64,000 nucleotides of DNA from an uncultured Myxococcales bacterium. GTDB taxonomy: Bacteria; Myxococcota_A; Polyangia; Fen-1088. Under the pieces are notes generated by a model. It was not told the origin of the DNA. It saw nothing but the letters and a program-made list of their open reading frames with translations, and did no database searches. Location: the NCBI GenBank assembly GCA_964546845.1, contig CAZJMY010000792.1, positions 83,092 to 147,091 of the forward strand, written 5' to 3'. Positions within the stretch are counted from its first letter, which is position 1. Each line of letters starts with the position of its first letter. Positions 43,254 to 53,113 of the stretch are shown here, piece after piece. Both the position numbers and the translations under genes were made by a program.

Positions 43254-44123
43254 TCAGCGTGTCGCGCCGAAGGCTTTTTTGGCCAGCGCCGTTTCGAGCG
43301 CTCCAAGGCTTTCGTCGCACGACGCGGTCAGCGCGGGCTTCTGGCGGAGCGTCAACTGCAGCGAACGGACGTTGCTGTTCGCGCGTGAAAGCGCGATCAG
43401 CTGGCCAGACGAACGGTCGAAGTCGTCCAGGGCGGTGCTGGCGCGGTCCAGAGCGGTGCGCGCGGCGGCGCCGGCGGCGGTCGAGGCCAAGGATTCGAGG
43501 GCGGCATGGGCGGCGCTCTTGCGCTCCGCCATCTGCTTCTCCAGGCGATCCATCTCCGCGTCCTGAGACTCGGCGATGTGGGGCGCCTGGAGGACCTGGA
43601 TCTCACGGACCGCCAGCTTGGCGCGAGCGGCCAAGCTGTCCGCGCGGCAACGACCGGCGGCCGGCACGGCGGTGACGACCACGTCGAGCGCCGCGCTCAG
43701 CTCGTCGGCGGCATGACGGACCGGTCCGAACGACAGGCTCTGGGCCTTGAGGTTGGTGTTCTCCACGGCCAGGACCAAGATCGCGTGGTCGAGCGTCCGG
43801 TAGCGGGCGAACCGTTCTTGGAAGACGGACAGCAGGTCGGCTTCCGTACGGTTGCCCAGGTCCGACAGCCGCGCCGCCAGCTTGGCGGCGTCCGCCTGGA
43901 CCGCGTCGGCGTGAAGCTCGGACTCGCGGGCGAACTTCTCTGAATCCGCGTCGGTGTCAGCCATCACCGCCCGATCGGACGCATCCGAGGCCTTGGCGAA
44001 GTCGACGCGCATCTCGGCCACGAGGCGCCGGGCCTCGGCGAGCTCCACGAACGCGGGCGCCACCCGGCCCCGGCAGGAGAGAGCCAGGGTGCCGAGTAGC
44101 AAGAACTGGATGACGCGCGGCAT
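43254..44123 (-). CDS. Secreted/lipoprotein-type all-helical protein (289 aa)
   Basis: Only the last 289 codons of the 746-aa track ORF are kept, starting at the ATG at 44123 ('MPRVIQFLLLGTLALSCRG', a signal peptide with a possible lipobox). The rest is Ala/Leu/Arg-rich with long helices, like a four-helix-bundle sensor. Confidence 0.55.
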   Translation of the reverse strand: MPRVIQFLLLGTLALSCRGRVAPAFVELAEARRLVAEMRVDFAKASDASDRAVMADTDADSEKFARESELHADAVQADAAKLAARLSDLGNRTEADLLSVFQERFARYRTLDHAILVLAVENTNLKAQSLSFGPVRHAADELSAALDVVVTAVPAAGRCRADSLAARAKLAVREIQVLQAPHIAESQDAEMDRLEKQMAERKSAAHAALESLASTAAGAAARTALDRASTALDDFDRSSGQLIALSRANSNVRSLQLTLRQKPALTASCDESLGALETALAKKAFGATR

Positions 44124-44227
44124 GGGATCGGGCGCGCTCGATGGGAGCGCAGGGGAACGGTAAACCAAAAAGCCGCTCCGCGCCCGCTTCCATCGAGCGA
44201 CATGCGCCGCCGCTCGTTGAGGGGACA

Positions 44228-45625
44228 CTAGGTGTGCTGCGCGAGCACGTCCTGCCGGATCTGTCGGAGTCGTTCGGGAGCGCTCATGCGCATCCAGGTG
44301 ATGCGCGCGAACCCGATCGCCACGTAGCCCAGGAAAATATAGGGAAAGTAGCGAACGGGCGGGTCGGGCACCGGGTAGACGCTCCCGATCGCGGGGATCA
44401 GCATCAGCACGATGGCCGCGGCGCAGAGCGCCACGTCCTTGGGCTGGCGTTCGCCCAGGCGCTTGACGAAGATGGGCGCCGCGATGGTGACCAGGAAGTA
44501 GGCGCCCAGGAACCCGAAGGCGCCCATGGTGCCGGCGTCGTTGAACTCGTCCAGCACCTCCAGCTTGAATGCGTACCGGCAGAAGGTCACCACCACGAAC
44601 ATGGTGCAGGCCATCACCGCCAGCGCGACGTGCGGCGTCCCGTGCTCCCGATGTGCGGTGCTGGTGGCGCCGTGGAAGAACTGGTGCCGGCCCATGGCGA
44701 ACATCACCCGCGCGCCAGCGTTCATGCACGAGGAGGCCAACGCGAAGAAGCTGAACATGGCTCCAGCCGACAGCAGCGGCGACAGCAGCGGCACGTGGTA
44801 GATGTCGGCCAGTACGTTCAGCGGCGCGTCGATCTTGTCCAGGCCGTCCTTGTAGCCGCGGGTGCCGAGCACCTCGCAGTAGCTGACCAGGATGAAGAAG
44901 GACCCGGTGAGGATCAGGCTCCAGATGATGGAACGGGGAATGGTCTTCAGCGGCTTGATGGCCTCGTCGCCGAAAGCCGTCGAGCTCTCGAATCCGACCA
45001 GGCTGAAGATCGCGACGACGACCCCCATCCCCAGCTTGGGCATCGAGATGTCGCCCACGTGCAGCTGGGCGGTATCGGGCGCTGGATGATGACCGAGCAC
45101 GATCAAGCAGAGCACCAGGATGAACAGGCAAGAGAACGCCTCGAGCCCCAGCATGACGAGGGTCGAAATCCGGATGTCCTTGTACGCCAGCCAGAAGCTG
45201 GTGCCGAGGCAGATCGCGAACAGCACCACGGGCGGCACGGTGACGTGAATCATCGCCAGCAGCTTGCCCGAGAAGATCGCGAAACCGGTCGTTCCGGCCA
45301 GACCGATGAAACCGTACGCCCAGACCAGGCACCAGCCGCACAGCGCGCCGCCGCCGAACCCCAGCCCGACGGAGGCGTATCCGTACATCGAGCCGACGTT
45401 CGAGGTCCGCTTGGCGAACTGATTCAAATTGAAGGCGACGAACAGCAACATCACGGTGCCGACCGCATAGGCGAGCCAGCTCAGGTTCCCGCAATTCGAG
45501 AACATGAGCGGCACGATCAGCGCGGCCGTCATCGTGGGCGAGATGAGCGCGATGTTTTGAGCGAGCAGCTCGGTGAAGTTCAAGCAGTTGGGTCTGAGCT
45601 TCGATTCATTGGCGGTTCCGTCCAT
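44228..45625 (-). CDS. APC-superfamily amino-acid/polyamine permease
   Basis: About 12 hydrophobic segments. The N-terminus 'LNFTELLAQNIALISPTMTAAL...NVGSMYGYASVGLG' is typical of amino-acid permeases. Confidence 0.8.
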   Translation of the reverse strand: MDGTANESKLRPNCLNFTELLAQNIALISPTMTAALIVPLMFSNCGNLSWLAYAVGTVMLLFVAFNLNQFAKRTSNVGSMYGYASVGLGFGGGALCGWCLVWAYGFIGLAGTTGFAIFSGKLLAMIHVTVPPVVLFAICLGTSFWLAYKDIRISTLVMLGLEAFSCLFILVLCLIVLGHHPAPDTAQLHVGDISMPKLGMGVVVAIFSLVGFESSTAFGDEAIKPLKTIPRSIIWSLILTGSFFILVSYCEVLGTRGYKDGLDKIDAPLNVLADIYHVPLLSPLLSAGAMFSFFALASSCMNAGARVMFAMGRHQFFHGATSTAHREHGTPHVALAVMACTMFVVVTFCRYAFKLEVLDEFNDAGTMGAFGFLGAYFLVTIAAPIFVKRLGERQPKDVALCAAAIVLMLIPAIGSVYPVPDPPVRYFPYIFLGYVAIGFARITWMRMSAPERLRQIRQDVLAQHT

Positions 45626-45709
45626 GACCGGTCTCCTTGGTGCGGGTGATGCGTTCGCTCTTGGAATGCGTCGGTCGGGGGGGAGCCGGGGGCGAGACCG
45701 CGGTTGGAT

Positions 45710-46495
45710 TCACGTCGTGAGCAAGGGATCTCCTACGGCCAGGCGCTTGCCGGCCTCGGTGAGAGGGATCGAGGTGTTCAGCGCAAACCGGTAAAAGTGA
45801 TTGAACCTGCGCGCGTCGGCCCAGCCCGGCAGCTGGGCCTCACGACGCGTGGCGAAGCTCTTCTGAAAGGCGCGCGTCACCTGGCCCGTCTCGGGATCGC
45901 GGGTGGGGACGACGCAACGCTGGCACGGGTTGTGGCCAAGGAAGGCCACCACGCCCACGCGAAATGGCCTGCGCTCGCCGGGGCCGCCGAACAAGGCGTC
46001 CTCGCAGAACGCCGGCCCGCCCACCAATTCGAGATTGGTCCGGAACCGCCGCCGGACATTGTCCAAAGACAGCTCCGGGTACCAGTCTTGAACGGCCCGC
46101 AGGCTCGCCTCGCTGACCACCGTCGGGCCATACGCCTCGGAATCGTCCGGGAACCCACTGCGGGGGTCGTGACGCAGGTGAACGTCGAAACCGAAGAAGT
46201 CTCGCAGCCAGCGGTTGATCGGCCCGGGGTCGCCCAGGAAGAAGTGATGACGTGAGCTTTGGCCCCGCTCCCAGAGCGATACCTCGGTCGCGTCGGGCCC
46301 GTACTCGCAACGCAAGTCGTGGACTCGCGGCGTGCGCTTACCGTTCACGACGGCGCCCGCGTCGTCGACGATCGCGTACACGCGGTCATTCGCCAGGATC
46401 CCGCCCTCGCCGACGCGGGACGCCTGCAGGCACAACCCGTCCAGCGACTTGATCGGAAAGATCTCGATCCGGCTCAACCGTATCTCGGCGTCCAT
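45710..46495 (-). CDS. MOSC domain protein (MOSC_N beta-barrel + MOSC)
   Basis: Start set at the ATG at 46495. 'IEIFPIKSLDGL' is the MOSC_N motif. 'NPCQRCVVPTRDPETGQ' contains the conserved MOSC cysteine. Confidence 0.8.
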   Translation of the reverse strand: MDAEIRLSRIEIFPIKSLDGLCLQASRVGEGGILANDRVYAIVDDAGAVVNGKRTPRVHDLRCEYGPDATEVSLWERGQSSRHHFFLGDPGPINRWLRDFFGFDVHLRHDPRSGFPDDSEAYGPTVVSEASLRAVQDWYPELSLDNVRRRFRTNLELVGGPAFCEDALFGGPGERRPFRVGVVAFLGHNPCQRCVVPTRDPETGQVTRAFQKSFATRREAQLPGWADARRFNHFYRFALNTSIPLTEAGKRLAVGDPLLTT

Positions 46496-46689
46496 CGTGC
46501 CCCGGCCCGGCAACCGACACTGCTCTTCATCCGCCGCGTGGTGCGTTTCGGGTTGGAACGAGATTTGTAAATTCGGAATGTTTCGATTCCGCCAACGCAC
46601 TGGCACCGCCAAAGTTATCCGCGCTGGCTCTCAGCCTTGTCGATGCGTGCTTCTAGGATGGCATCCGACACCAAACTCGGAGGACCATC

Positions 46690-47949
46690 ATGATGAGGCT
46701 CAATCGTTCACCTCGCCGGCTCGCCGCCGGCACGGCGTCCGCGCTGACCCTGGCGCTCTGCTTGCTGCTGCCGCGCGCCGCCGCTGCTGCCGAGACCATC
46801 AAGATCGGCGTGCTGCACTCGCTGTCGGGCACGATGGCGATCAGCGAAACCATCCTGAAGGATTTCATGCTGATGCAGGTCGAGGACCTCAACGCCAAAG
46901 GGGGCTTGCTCGGCAAGAAGGTCGAGGCCGTGGTCGTGGACCCGGCCTCCAACTGGCCGCTGTTCGCCGAGAAGGCCCGCGACCTCTTGCAGCGTGACAA
47001 GGTGGCCGCCATCTTCGGCTGCTGGACCTCCGTCTCGCGGAAGTCGGTGCTGCCGGTCGTCGAGGAGTTGAACGGCCTCCTCTATTATCCGCTGGAGTAC
47101 GAGGGTGAAGAAGATTCGAACAACGTCTTTTACGGCGGCTCGGTGCCGGACAACAAGGCGATCCCCGCCATCCAGTACCTGATGAGCAAGAAGGGGGGCG
47201 GGATCCGCCGCTTCGTGCTGGAGGGGACCGACTACGTCTACCCGCGCACCAGCAACAAGATCATCCGCGCGTTCCTCAAACACGAAGGGGTCGCCGACGC
47301 CGACATCCGCGAGAACTATACGCCGTTCGGGTTCGCGGACTGGCAGACCGAGGTCCAGGCCATCAAGGCGTTCGGCAGCCAGGGCAAGCCCACCGCCGTG
47401 ATCTCGACCATCAACGGCGACGCCAACGTGCCATTTTACAAGGAGCTCGGTAACCAGGGAATCAGGGCCAGCGACATTCCGTCGATCGCGTTCTCCGTCG
47501 GGGAAGAGGAGCTGAAGGGAATCGACACCAAGCCCCTGCTCGGACACATGGCCGGGTGGAGCTACTTCGAATCCATCGATTCGCCCGAGAACAAGGCGTT
47601 CGTCGCCCACTGGAAGGCCTATAAGCACGACGACAACGTCGTGACCAACGATCCCATGGAGTCGGCGTACATCCTGTTCAACATGTGGGCTCAGGCGGTG
47701 AAAAAGGCCGGCACGACCGAGGTCGGCGCGGTGCGCAAGGCCATGATCGGCCAGACGGTGGTGTCGCCCACCGGCTACAAGGTCACGATGAACGCCAACC
47801 ACCACGTGACGAAGCCGGTCATGATCGGCGAAGTGAAGGCCAACGGTCAGTTCAAGATCGTCTACAAGAGCAAGCCAATCGCGCCCAATCCCTGGAACCC
47901 GTACGTGGACGGTCCCGCAAAGAAGGTCGTACGCGAAGCGTCCAAATGA
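46690..47949 (+). CDS. UrtA/AmiC-family periplasmic substrate-binding protein (urea/short amide type)
   Basis: A signal peptide is followed by 'IKIGVLHSLSGTMAISETILKD...NAKGGLLGKKVEAVVVDPASNWP...AAIFGCWTSVSRKSVLPVVEELNGLLYYPLEYEG', which is collinear with UrtA-type binding proteins. No urtBCDE genes follow. Confidence 0.8.
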   Translation: MMRLNRSPRRLAAGTASALTLALCLLLPRAAAAAETIKIGVLHSLSGTMAISETILKDFMLMQVEDLNAKGGLLGKKVEAVVVDPASNWPLFAEKARDLLQRDKVAAIFGCWTSVSRKSVLPVVEELNGLLYYPLEYEGEEDSNNVFYGGSVPDNKAIPAIQYLMSKKGGGIRRFVLEGTDYVYPRTSNKIIRAFLKHEGVADADIRENYTPFGFADWQTEVQAIKAFGSQGKPTAVISTINGDANVPFYKELGNQGIRASDIPSIAFSVGEEELKGIDTKPLLGHMAGWSYFESIDSPENKAFVAHWKAYKHDDNVVTNDPMESAYILFNMWAQAVKKAGTTEVGAVRKAMIGQTVVSPTGYKVTMNANHHVTKPVMIGEVKANGQFKIVYKSKPIAPNPWNPYVDGPAKKVVREASK

Positions 47950-47998
47950 TCGATGCCGCGGGCCCGCCGGCCGGATCCCATGCGACCATTCCACGACG

Positions 47999-48403
47999 AT
48001 GCAGGAGAGCCACATGAGCGCCGATCCCCCCCGCGCCCCGTGCCCGGGCGCAGCCAGCTGCCCCGTCGCCCGAGGCGCGTCCCCCAACGGGCCCACCCTC
48101 ACCTGGCGGCGGGTCGGCGCCGAGCGCGACCTGCCGGCCGGTGGGCTCAAGACCTTCTCGGCGGACGGGGTCACGGTGCTGGTGCTCCGGGCGGGCGGGG
48201 AGCTGGTGGCCGTCCAGCCGCTCTGCCCGCACGAGGCGGTTCCGCTCGAGGACGGGTTGGTCGAAGGGACGACGCTGACCTGCCTCGAGCACATGTGGCA
48301 ATTCGACGTGAAGCGCGGCGCCCCGCTGGGCGCGGCCACCGAGCGGCTGCGGACTTTTCCCGTCCGCAGCGACGACGGTGAGCTGTACGTGGCGCTGGAA
48401 TGA
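47999..48403 (+). CDS. Rieske [2Fe-2S] domain protein
   Basis: 'CPHEAVPLEDG' and 'CLEHMWQFD' give C-x-H ... C-x-x-H. The stop overlaps the next start (ATGA). Confidence 0.85.
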   Translation: MQESHMSADPPRAPCPGAASCPVARGASPNGPTLTWRRVGAERDLPAGGLKTFSADGVTVLVLRAGGELVAVQPLCPHEAVPLEDGLVEGTTLTCLEHMWQFDVKRGAPLGAATERLRTFPVRSDDGELYVALE

Positions 48404-51027
48404 AGATTCCGATCGAGCTCGATCGGGCCTCCAAAACGCCGCTGGCCGCACAGCTGGTTGCTCACCTCGCACGCCTGATCCGGGAGCGCCGCATCCCGTC
48501 CGGCACCCGGCTGCCGTCCTCGCGGACGCTGGCGGAGCAACTGGGGGTCGCCCGCAACACCGTGGTCCAGGCGTACGAGACCCTGAGCATCGAAGGATTG
48601 GTCGCGTCGCGCGCGGCGTCGGGTTTCTTCGCGACCCCGGACCAGCCGGCCGCCGCGCCCCAACCGGTCGCCGCGCCGCCGGCCAGCGATCCATCCGGCG
48701 TCGAGGCGCGCCCTGTCCCCGCCGTCGTCCGTGCCCGTGCCCGCGTCGCCGCCTCTCGGCAGCACCGGTTCTACGACTTCGTTCCGGGGCGACCGGATCC
48801 CGACCTGTTCCCGGTCAAGATCTGGCGCCGGCTGTTACAAGGCTGCCTGTCCTACGGTGGTGCGGCCGGTCTGTCGGAACAGACCGACGCCGCCGGCCTG
48901 CCGGCCCTGCGGCACGCCATCGCCGAGCACGTGTCGATGAGCCGCGGAATCCTGGCCGACCCGGCGCAGATCCTCATCGTGGGCGGCATTCAAGAAGGGC
49001 TCAGCATCACCGCCCGGCTGCTCCTTTCGCCAGGGGCCGTGGTCTTGACCGAGACGCCGACGTACCGTGACGCGGTCTTTGCGTTCGAAGCCGCCGGCGC
49101 TCGAGTGGCCGCGCTGCCGGTCAACGAGGACGGCCTTCTGACGGCGCAGCTTCCCGACGAAGGTGCGCGTCTGCTGTACGTCACGCCAGCGCATCAATAC
49201 CCGACCGGGTACGCGCTTTCGCCCGAGCGCCGCACCCAGATGATCGTCTGGGCGCGCCGGCAGGGCTGCACCTTGCTGGAGGATGACTACGACAGCGCCT
49301 ACCAGTACGACGGGTCGCCCATGCAGGCGCTGGCCGGCAGCGCGCCCGACTGCACGATTCATCTGGGAACCTTCTCGACGACGCTGGGCGCCGGACTGCG
49401 GCTCGGTTACATGATCGTTCCCCCCGCTCTGGCCGATGCCGCGCGGGCGCTGAAGACCCTCTGGAACGGGGGCAACTCCTGGCTGGATCAAGCGACGTTG
49501 GCCGAGTTCCTGCGCACCGGCTGCTATCGCGCCCATCTGACCCGGACCCGGGCTGTGTATCGGGAACGGCGCGACGCGCTGATCGCGTCGCTGCGCCGCT
49601 GTTTCGGTCCGGTGCACGTCACCGGCGAGGCGGCCGGGCTGCACCTGTTCTGGCGCCTGCCTGCCGGCGTCCCCGAGGCAGCTCGCCTGGAGGAGCTGGC
49701 TCTCGCTCAGAGGGTCCGGGTCTATTCGCTGGCGTCGGCGGCCGCCTACGAGCCTCCGGGTGGGACCCTGAGCCGGCGCAGCGTGCTGATCGGGTTTGCG
49801 GGGCTCACCCCGGCGCAGATCGATCAAGGCATCGCGCGCCTGTCGGATGCGGTCGACGACACGCTGGACCGCGACCATGCCTTCTTGCGCGAGCTGCTCA
49901 TGGACGACCCACCGCTGGACCGCGCGCGGCCGGCGCGGAGAGCCGGGCGGTTCCAGCTGCAGCGGCCGTCCGCGATCAGAACCGTGGCGCCTGCCTTGAC
50001 GCGAAAACAGCGCGCGCTGCCCCAGTCGGAGGTTCGCATGCCCATCGTGCGCGGCATCTATCGCTACCCCATCAAGGGCCTCAGCCCCCAGCCCATCCCC
50101 GGTGTGGTGGTCGAGCAAGGCCGGCCATTTCCGCTGGATCGCGTGTTCGCGCTGGCGCGCCCGGGCGCGCCGATCGACGCGCAAGAACCCCGCTGGGCCA
50201 AGAAGGGCCTGTTCTTGATGCTGATGCTGGACGAGGCGCTGGCGCGCTTCCGCACGCATGTCGACGTCGACTCGATGCAACTCACCGTTTGGGCCCGCTC
50301 GCCCGGGGTCGACGCGCCGGTGCTGCGGGCCGATCTCGCCAGCGACGACGGACGGCGCGCCGTCGAGAGCTTCTTTTTTCGCGAAGTGCCGGGCCTGACG
50401 TCCTCACCCAAGCTGGTGCGCTCGCGCGAGGGGCACTTCATGGACAAGCCCGACAACGTCGTCTCTTGCATCAACCTGGCGACGATCCGCAGCCTCGAGC
50501 AGGAATGGGGAATCGCGATCGATCCGCTCCGGTTTCGCGCCAACTTCTACATCGACGGCGCGCCCCCCTGGGCCGAGTTCGACTGGATCGGCAGCGACGT
50601 CATGCTGGGGGACGCGCTGTTTCGGGTCGACCGCCGCAACGGCCGCTGTGGCGCGACGAACGTGAACCCGGCGACGGGGGCGCGCGACCTGGATTTGCCG
50701 GCGTCTCTTCGCAAGTCGTTCGGGCACAAGGACCTGGGCGTGTATCTCGTGGTTCGAACGGGGGGCAAAGTGGTGGTGGGCGATGACGTGACGGTCCCGG
50801 AGTCGAAGCAGACGCCGCAGCCGATGGTCGCCTGGAACCGCGCGCCCGACGGCCTGGCCGCCTTCATCTGTCGCGGCTGCTACTACATCTACGACGAGAC
50901 CAAAGGCGTCCCGGGCCCGGCGGGCCTCCCGGCGGGCACGGCGTTCGCGCAGCTCCCGGATGACTGGCGCTGCCCGGACTGCGGAACCGTCAAGACCGAC
51001 TTCCGCCCGTACGTCCCCTCGACGTGA
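48400..51027 (+). CDS. Single ORF fusing a MocR-type regulator (GntR HTH + class I/II aminotransferase fold) with MOSC_N-MOSC and a C-terminal rubredoxin-like domain
   Basis: The HTH is 'LPSSRTLAEQLGVARNTVVQAYETL'. The aminotransferase-fold region runs to about aa 500. 'MPIVRGIYRYPIKGLS' at aa 547 is MOSC_N, and 'GRCGATNVNPATGARD' is the MOSC cysteine. 'FICRGCYYIY...WRCPDCGTVKTDF' is rubredoxin CxxC...CxxC. An internal in-frame ATG at 50038 has a GGAGG SD. Confidence 0.7.
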   Translation: MKIPIELDRASKTPLAAQLVAHLARLIRERRIPSGTRLPSSRTLAEQLGVARNTVVQAYETLSIEGLVASRAASGFFATPDQPAAAPQPVAAPPASDPSGVEARPVPAVVRARARVAASRQHRFYDFVPGRPDPDLFPVKIWRRLLQGCLSYGGAAGLSEQTDAAGLPALRHAIAEHVSMSRGILADPAQILIVGGIQEGLSITARLLLSPGAVVLTETPTYRDAVFAFEAAGARVAALPVNEDGLLTAQLPDEGARLLYVTPAHQYPTGYALSPERRTQMIVWARRQGCTLLEDDYDSAYQYDGSPMQALAGSAPDCTIHLGTFSTTLGAGLRLGYMIVPPALADAARALKTLWNGGNSWLDQATLAEFLRTGCYRAHLTRTRAVYRERRDALIASLRRCFGPVHVTGEAAGLHLFWRLPAGVPEAARLEELALAQRVRVYSLASAAAYEPPGGTLSRRSVLIGFAGLTPAQIDQGIARLSDAVDDTLDRDHAFLRELLMDDPPLDRARPARRAGRFQLQRPSAIRTVAPALTRKQRALPQSEVRMPIVRGIYRYPIKGLSPQPIPGVVVEQGRPFPLDRVFALARPGAPIDAQEPRWAKKGLFLMLMLDEALARFRTHVDVDSMQLTVWARSPGVDAPVLRADLASDDGRRAVESFFFREVPGLTSSPKLVRSREGHFMDKPDNVVSCINLATIRSLEQEWGIAIDPLRFRANFYIDGAPPWAEFDWIGSDVMLGDALFRVDRRNGRCGATNVNPATGARDLDLPASLRKSFGHKDLGVYLVVRTGGKVVVGDDVTVPESKQTPQPMVAWNRAPDGLAAFICRGCYYIYDETKGVPGPAGLPAGTAFAQLPDDWRCPDCGTVKTDFRPYVPST

Positions 51028-51064
51028 CCGGCAACACGAAGATCGATCTCGACGCGCCGGCCGG

Positions 51065-51887
51065 TCAGCCCGTCGCGGTGCGAAGGCCGCTCATCCCCGC
51101 GCGCGCCTGGCGCCTGTCGCGCGCCGCGTACATCAGCCCGCCCGCCGCCAGGCCCAGCAGCAACAGCAGCGTGCCGGTAGGCCGCTCCGAGTCGCCCGTG
51201 CGCGGGCGCCCGAAACTCCGGGAGCTCATCGAGCCGCGGGTGGCTGCGCGCCACACCAGACCGCCCATCGCGGCGGACGTTCCCATGCGAAGCAACTGCG
51301 CGACCCAGCGGGTGCGGCGCGGCAAGGGAGAAACGGCCCGCGGCGCGTGCTGGGCGAACAGCTCCAGCATCGCCGGGATGAAGGCCGCCAGGTCGTGGGG
51401 GCCGCGGCTCGACACCAGCACGCCGTCGCGCACGACACGCTCGTCTTGCCATGCGGCGCCCGCGTTGCGGAGGTCGTCCGCGATCCCGGGCCACGAAGTC
51501 AGGCGCCGGCCGCGGGCGAGGCCGGCGGAGATCAACACCTCGGGACCGTGGCACATCGTCGCGATGGGGCGCCCCAGGGCTTCGAAGCGCGTGACGAACT
51601 GGCGAACGTGCTCGCTCTGGCGCAGCAAGTCCGGGTTGACGAAGCCCCCCGGAATGTAGAGCGCGCCGTAGTCCTCGGGGCGCGCCTTGAAGACCGTGTC
51701 GTCGACGGGCACCTTCCGCCCCCGCCAGATCAGGTTGACGCCCCGTATCCGGCCCGGTCGAAGGGAGATGACCCGCACGTCCGCGCCCGCCTTGCGCAGC
51801 GCGCGCCGGAAACGTCAGCTCGACCTGCTCGAACCCGTCCGCCGCGAGCACCGCCACCCGAACCCCATCCAGCTCTTTTCTGCGCAT
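51065..51887 (-). pseudogene. DJ-1/PfpI-family protein interrupted by a 1-nt frameshift near codon 30 (or a sequencing error)
   Basis: The N-terminal 'MRRKELDGVRVAVLAADGFEQVELTFPAR' (ATG 51887) is in a different frame from the rest ('VRVISLRPG...ATMCHGPEVLISAG...', 51065-51778). The frames meet in the GC-repeat GGCGCGCGC at about 51795-51805. Adding one base there would give 'TFPARALRKAGADVRVISL'. Confidence 0.6.
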
Positions 51888-51961
51888 GTCCCGAACCTGG
51901 TGACCTCGGCACGGCGCGCAATCAGAGGTAGCTCCGATTTCGCGCGCCGTGCGCGATCGGG

Positions 51962-53047
51962 TTAGGGCGCCTCGCCGCAGGTCAGGAAGCTGATCGTCTT
52001 GGCGGGGTTGGGGCACGCGATGCCGTCTCCCGAATGGTCGGCGTAGAGCGCCACGCAGAAGGCGGGGTCGGTGTGGCCGCTGCGAACGGTGGTCATGTAG
52101 TACGCGCCGAGCGGATTGTCGTGGAGGTTGAAGCAGGCGAGGCTGACGCCGATCGAGCTGACGTATTCGCAGCTCCACGGGCGGCAGGCGCCGACGCAGC
52201 CCGAATCGCAATACGTGCCGCTGGACCAGAGCGCTTTGCCCTTCGAGGAGTAGACGACCAGGTTGCCGTCGTTCTGCAGCCGGAAGTAGGCGCCCGGGTT
52301 GCCGTTGGTGTGCGAGGCCCACACCGCCTTGCCGGCGCTGGTGTAGACGACCAGGTTCCCGTCGGTCTGCATGACCAGCCGCGTCCCGCCCTTGCCGACG
52401 GTGTTCGAGGCCCAGGTCGCCTTGCTGCCGATGTAGGCGACCGCGTTGCCGTCGGACTGCATGATCAGGCGATAGTTGTTCTTGCACGAATGCAACGTCT
52501 GGTTCGTGCTGAGCCCCTGGTTGGCGGCCAGCGCGCCGCAGCTGGTCGGCGCGACGAAGCCAACGGAGATCTCCGGCAGAGTGTCCACGGCGGTGATCGG
52601 CGCAGCGTCGTCGGCGACCGGCAGGTCCTGCGGGTCGCGCATGGTCTGGTCGAACAGCGCCGCGGACGCGGCGCTCGACGGGCGCACAACCACGTGCGCG
52701 TCGCTGGCGGCGCTCGGCAAGTAGATGAGATCGATGGCCGTGCCGGCGGTCGGGCCGCTGAAGTGAAAGCCGACGGCCAGGTCGCCGCGCGCGTTCGCGA
52801 GCGGCGTCGCCTGATCCCCGCCGGTCCACCCCGCCTGGTGGATCACCTCGATCTTCGACTGAACCTCGTCGGAGGCCCGGGCAGCGGCGATCACCGGCTC
52901 GTGCGCCGGCGTGGCCGCCACCGCGACCAGCGGCCCCGGCGAAGCGTCCGCGTGCTCGGACTCACCGCACGCCGACAGGAACAACGCGGTCGCCAGCATG
53001 GACAGCGACAGGATCGGAACGAACGAACGAATGGACATTGAACGCAT
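51962..53047 (-). CDS. Lipoprotein with bulb-type (mannose-binding) lectin domain and Cys-rich C-terminus
   Basis: The lipobox is 'LFLSACGE'. There are three QxDxNxVxY-type motifs: 'MQSDGNAVAY', 'MQTDGNLVVY', 'LQNDGNLVVY'. Confidence 0.8.
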   Translation of the reverse strand: MRSMSIRSFVPILSLSMLATALFLSACGESEHADASPGPLVAVAATPAHEPVIAAARASDEVQSKIEVIHQAGWTGGDQATPLANARGDLAVGFHFSGPTAGTAIDLIYLPSAASDAHVVVRPSSAASAALFDQTMRDPQDLPVADDAAPITAVDTLPEISVGFVAPTSCGALAANQGLSTNQTLHSCKNNYRLIMQSDGNAVAYIGSKATWASNTVGKGGTRLVMQTDGNLVVYTSAGKAVWASHTNGNPGAYFRLQNDGNLVVYSSKGKALWSSGTYCDSGCVGACRPWSCEYVSSIGVSLACFNLHDNPLGAYYMTTVRSGHTDPAFCVALYADHSGDGIACPNPAKTISFLTCGEAP

Positions 53048-53113
53048 GGCAGCACTCTCCTGCCCGAAGAGAATGCGGCGCGTGCGTTCGGGTTCGGTCT
53101 GATCTCGCGGCGT

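Noticed and set aside
44124-45494. N-terminal 457 codons of the 746-aa minus-strand ORF 43254-45494, and the 502-aa plus-strand ORF 44141-45649
   Set aside because: Both overlap the APC permease (44228-45625), which has a clean 12-TM hydrophobic profile. Only the last 289 codons (43254-44123), starting with a signal peptide, were kept.
46708-48765. 685-aa minus-strand ORF
   Set aside because: It is antisense to the UrtA-like and Rieske genes, which have clear family motifs. Its Arg/Gly/Pro/Asp-rich composition is typical of spurious open frames in GC-rich DNA.
50889-52829. 646-aa minus-strand ORF, and the 335-aa plus-strand ORF 52034-53041
   Set aside because: They run across the end of the MocR fusion, the PfpI gene and the lectin gene in other frames, with Arg/Gly/Pro-rich composition. 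The only informative part is the short PfpI N-terminus, which is reported as a frameshift.
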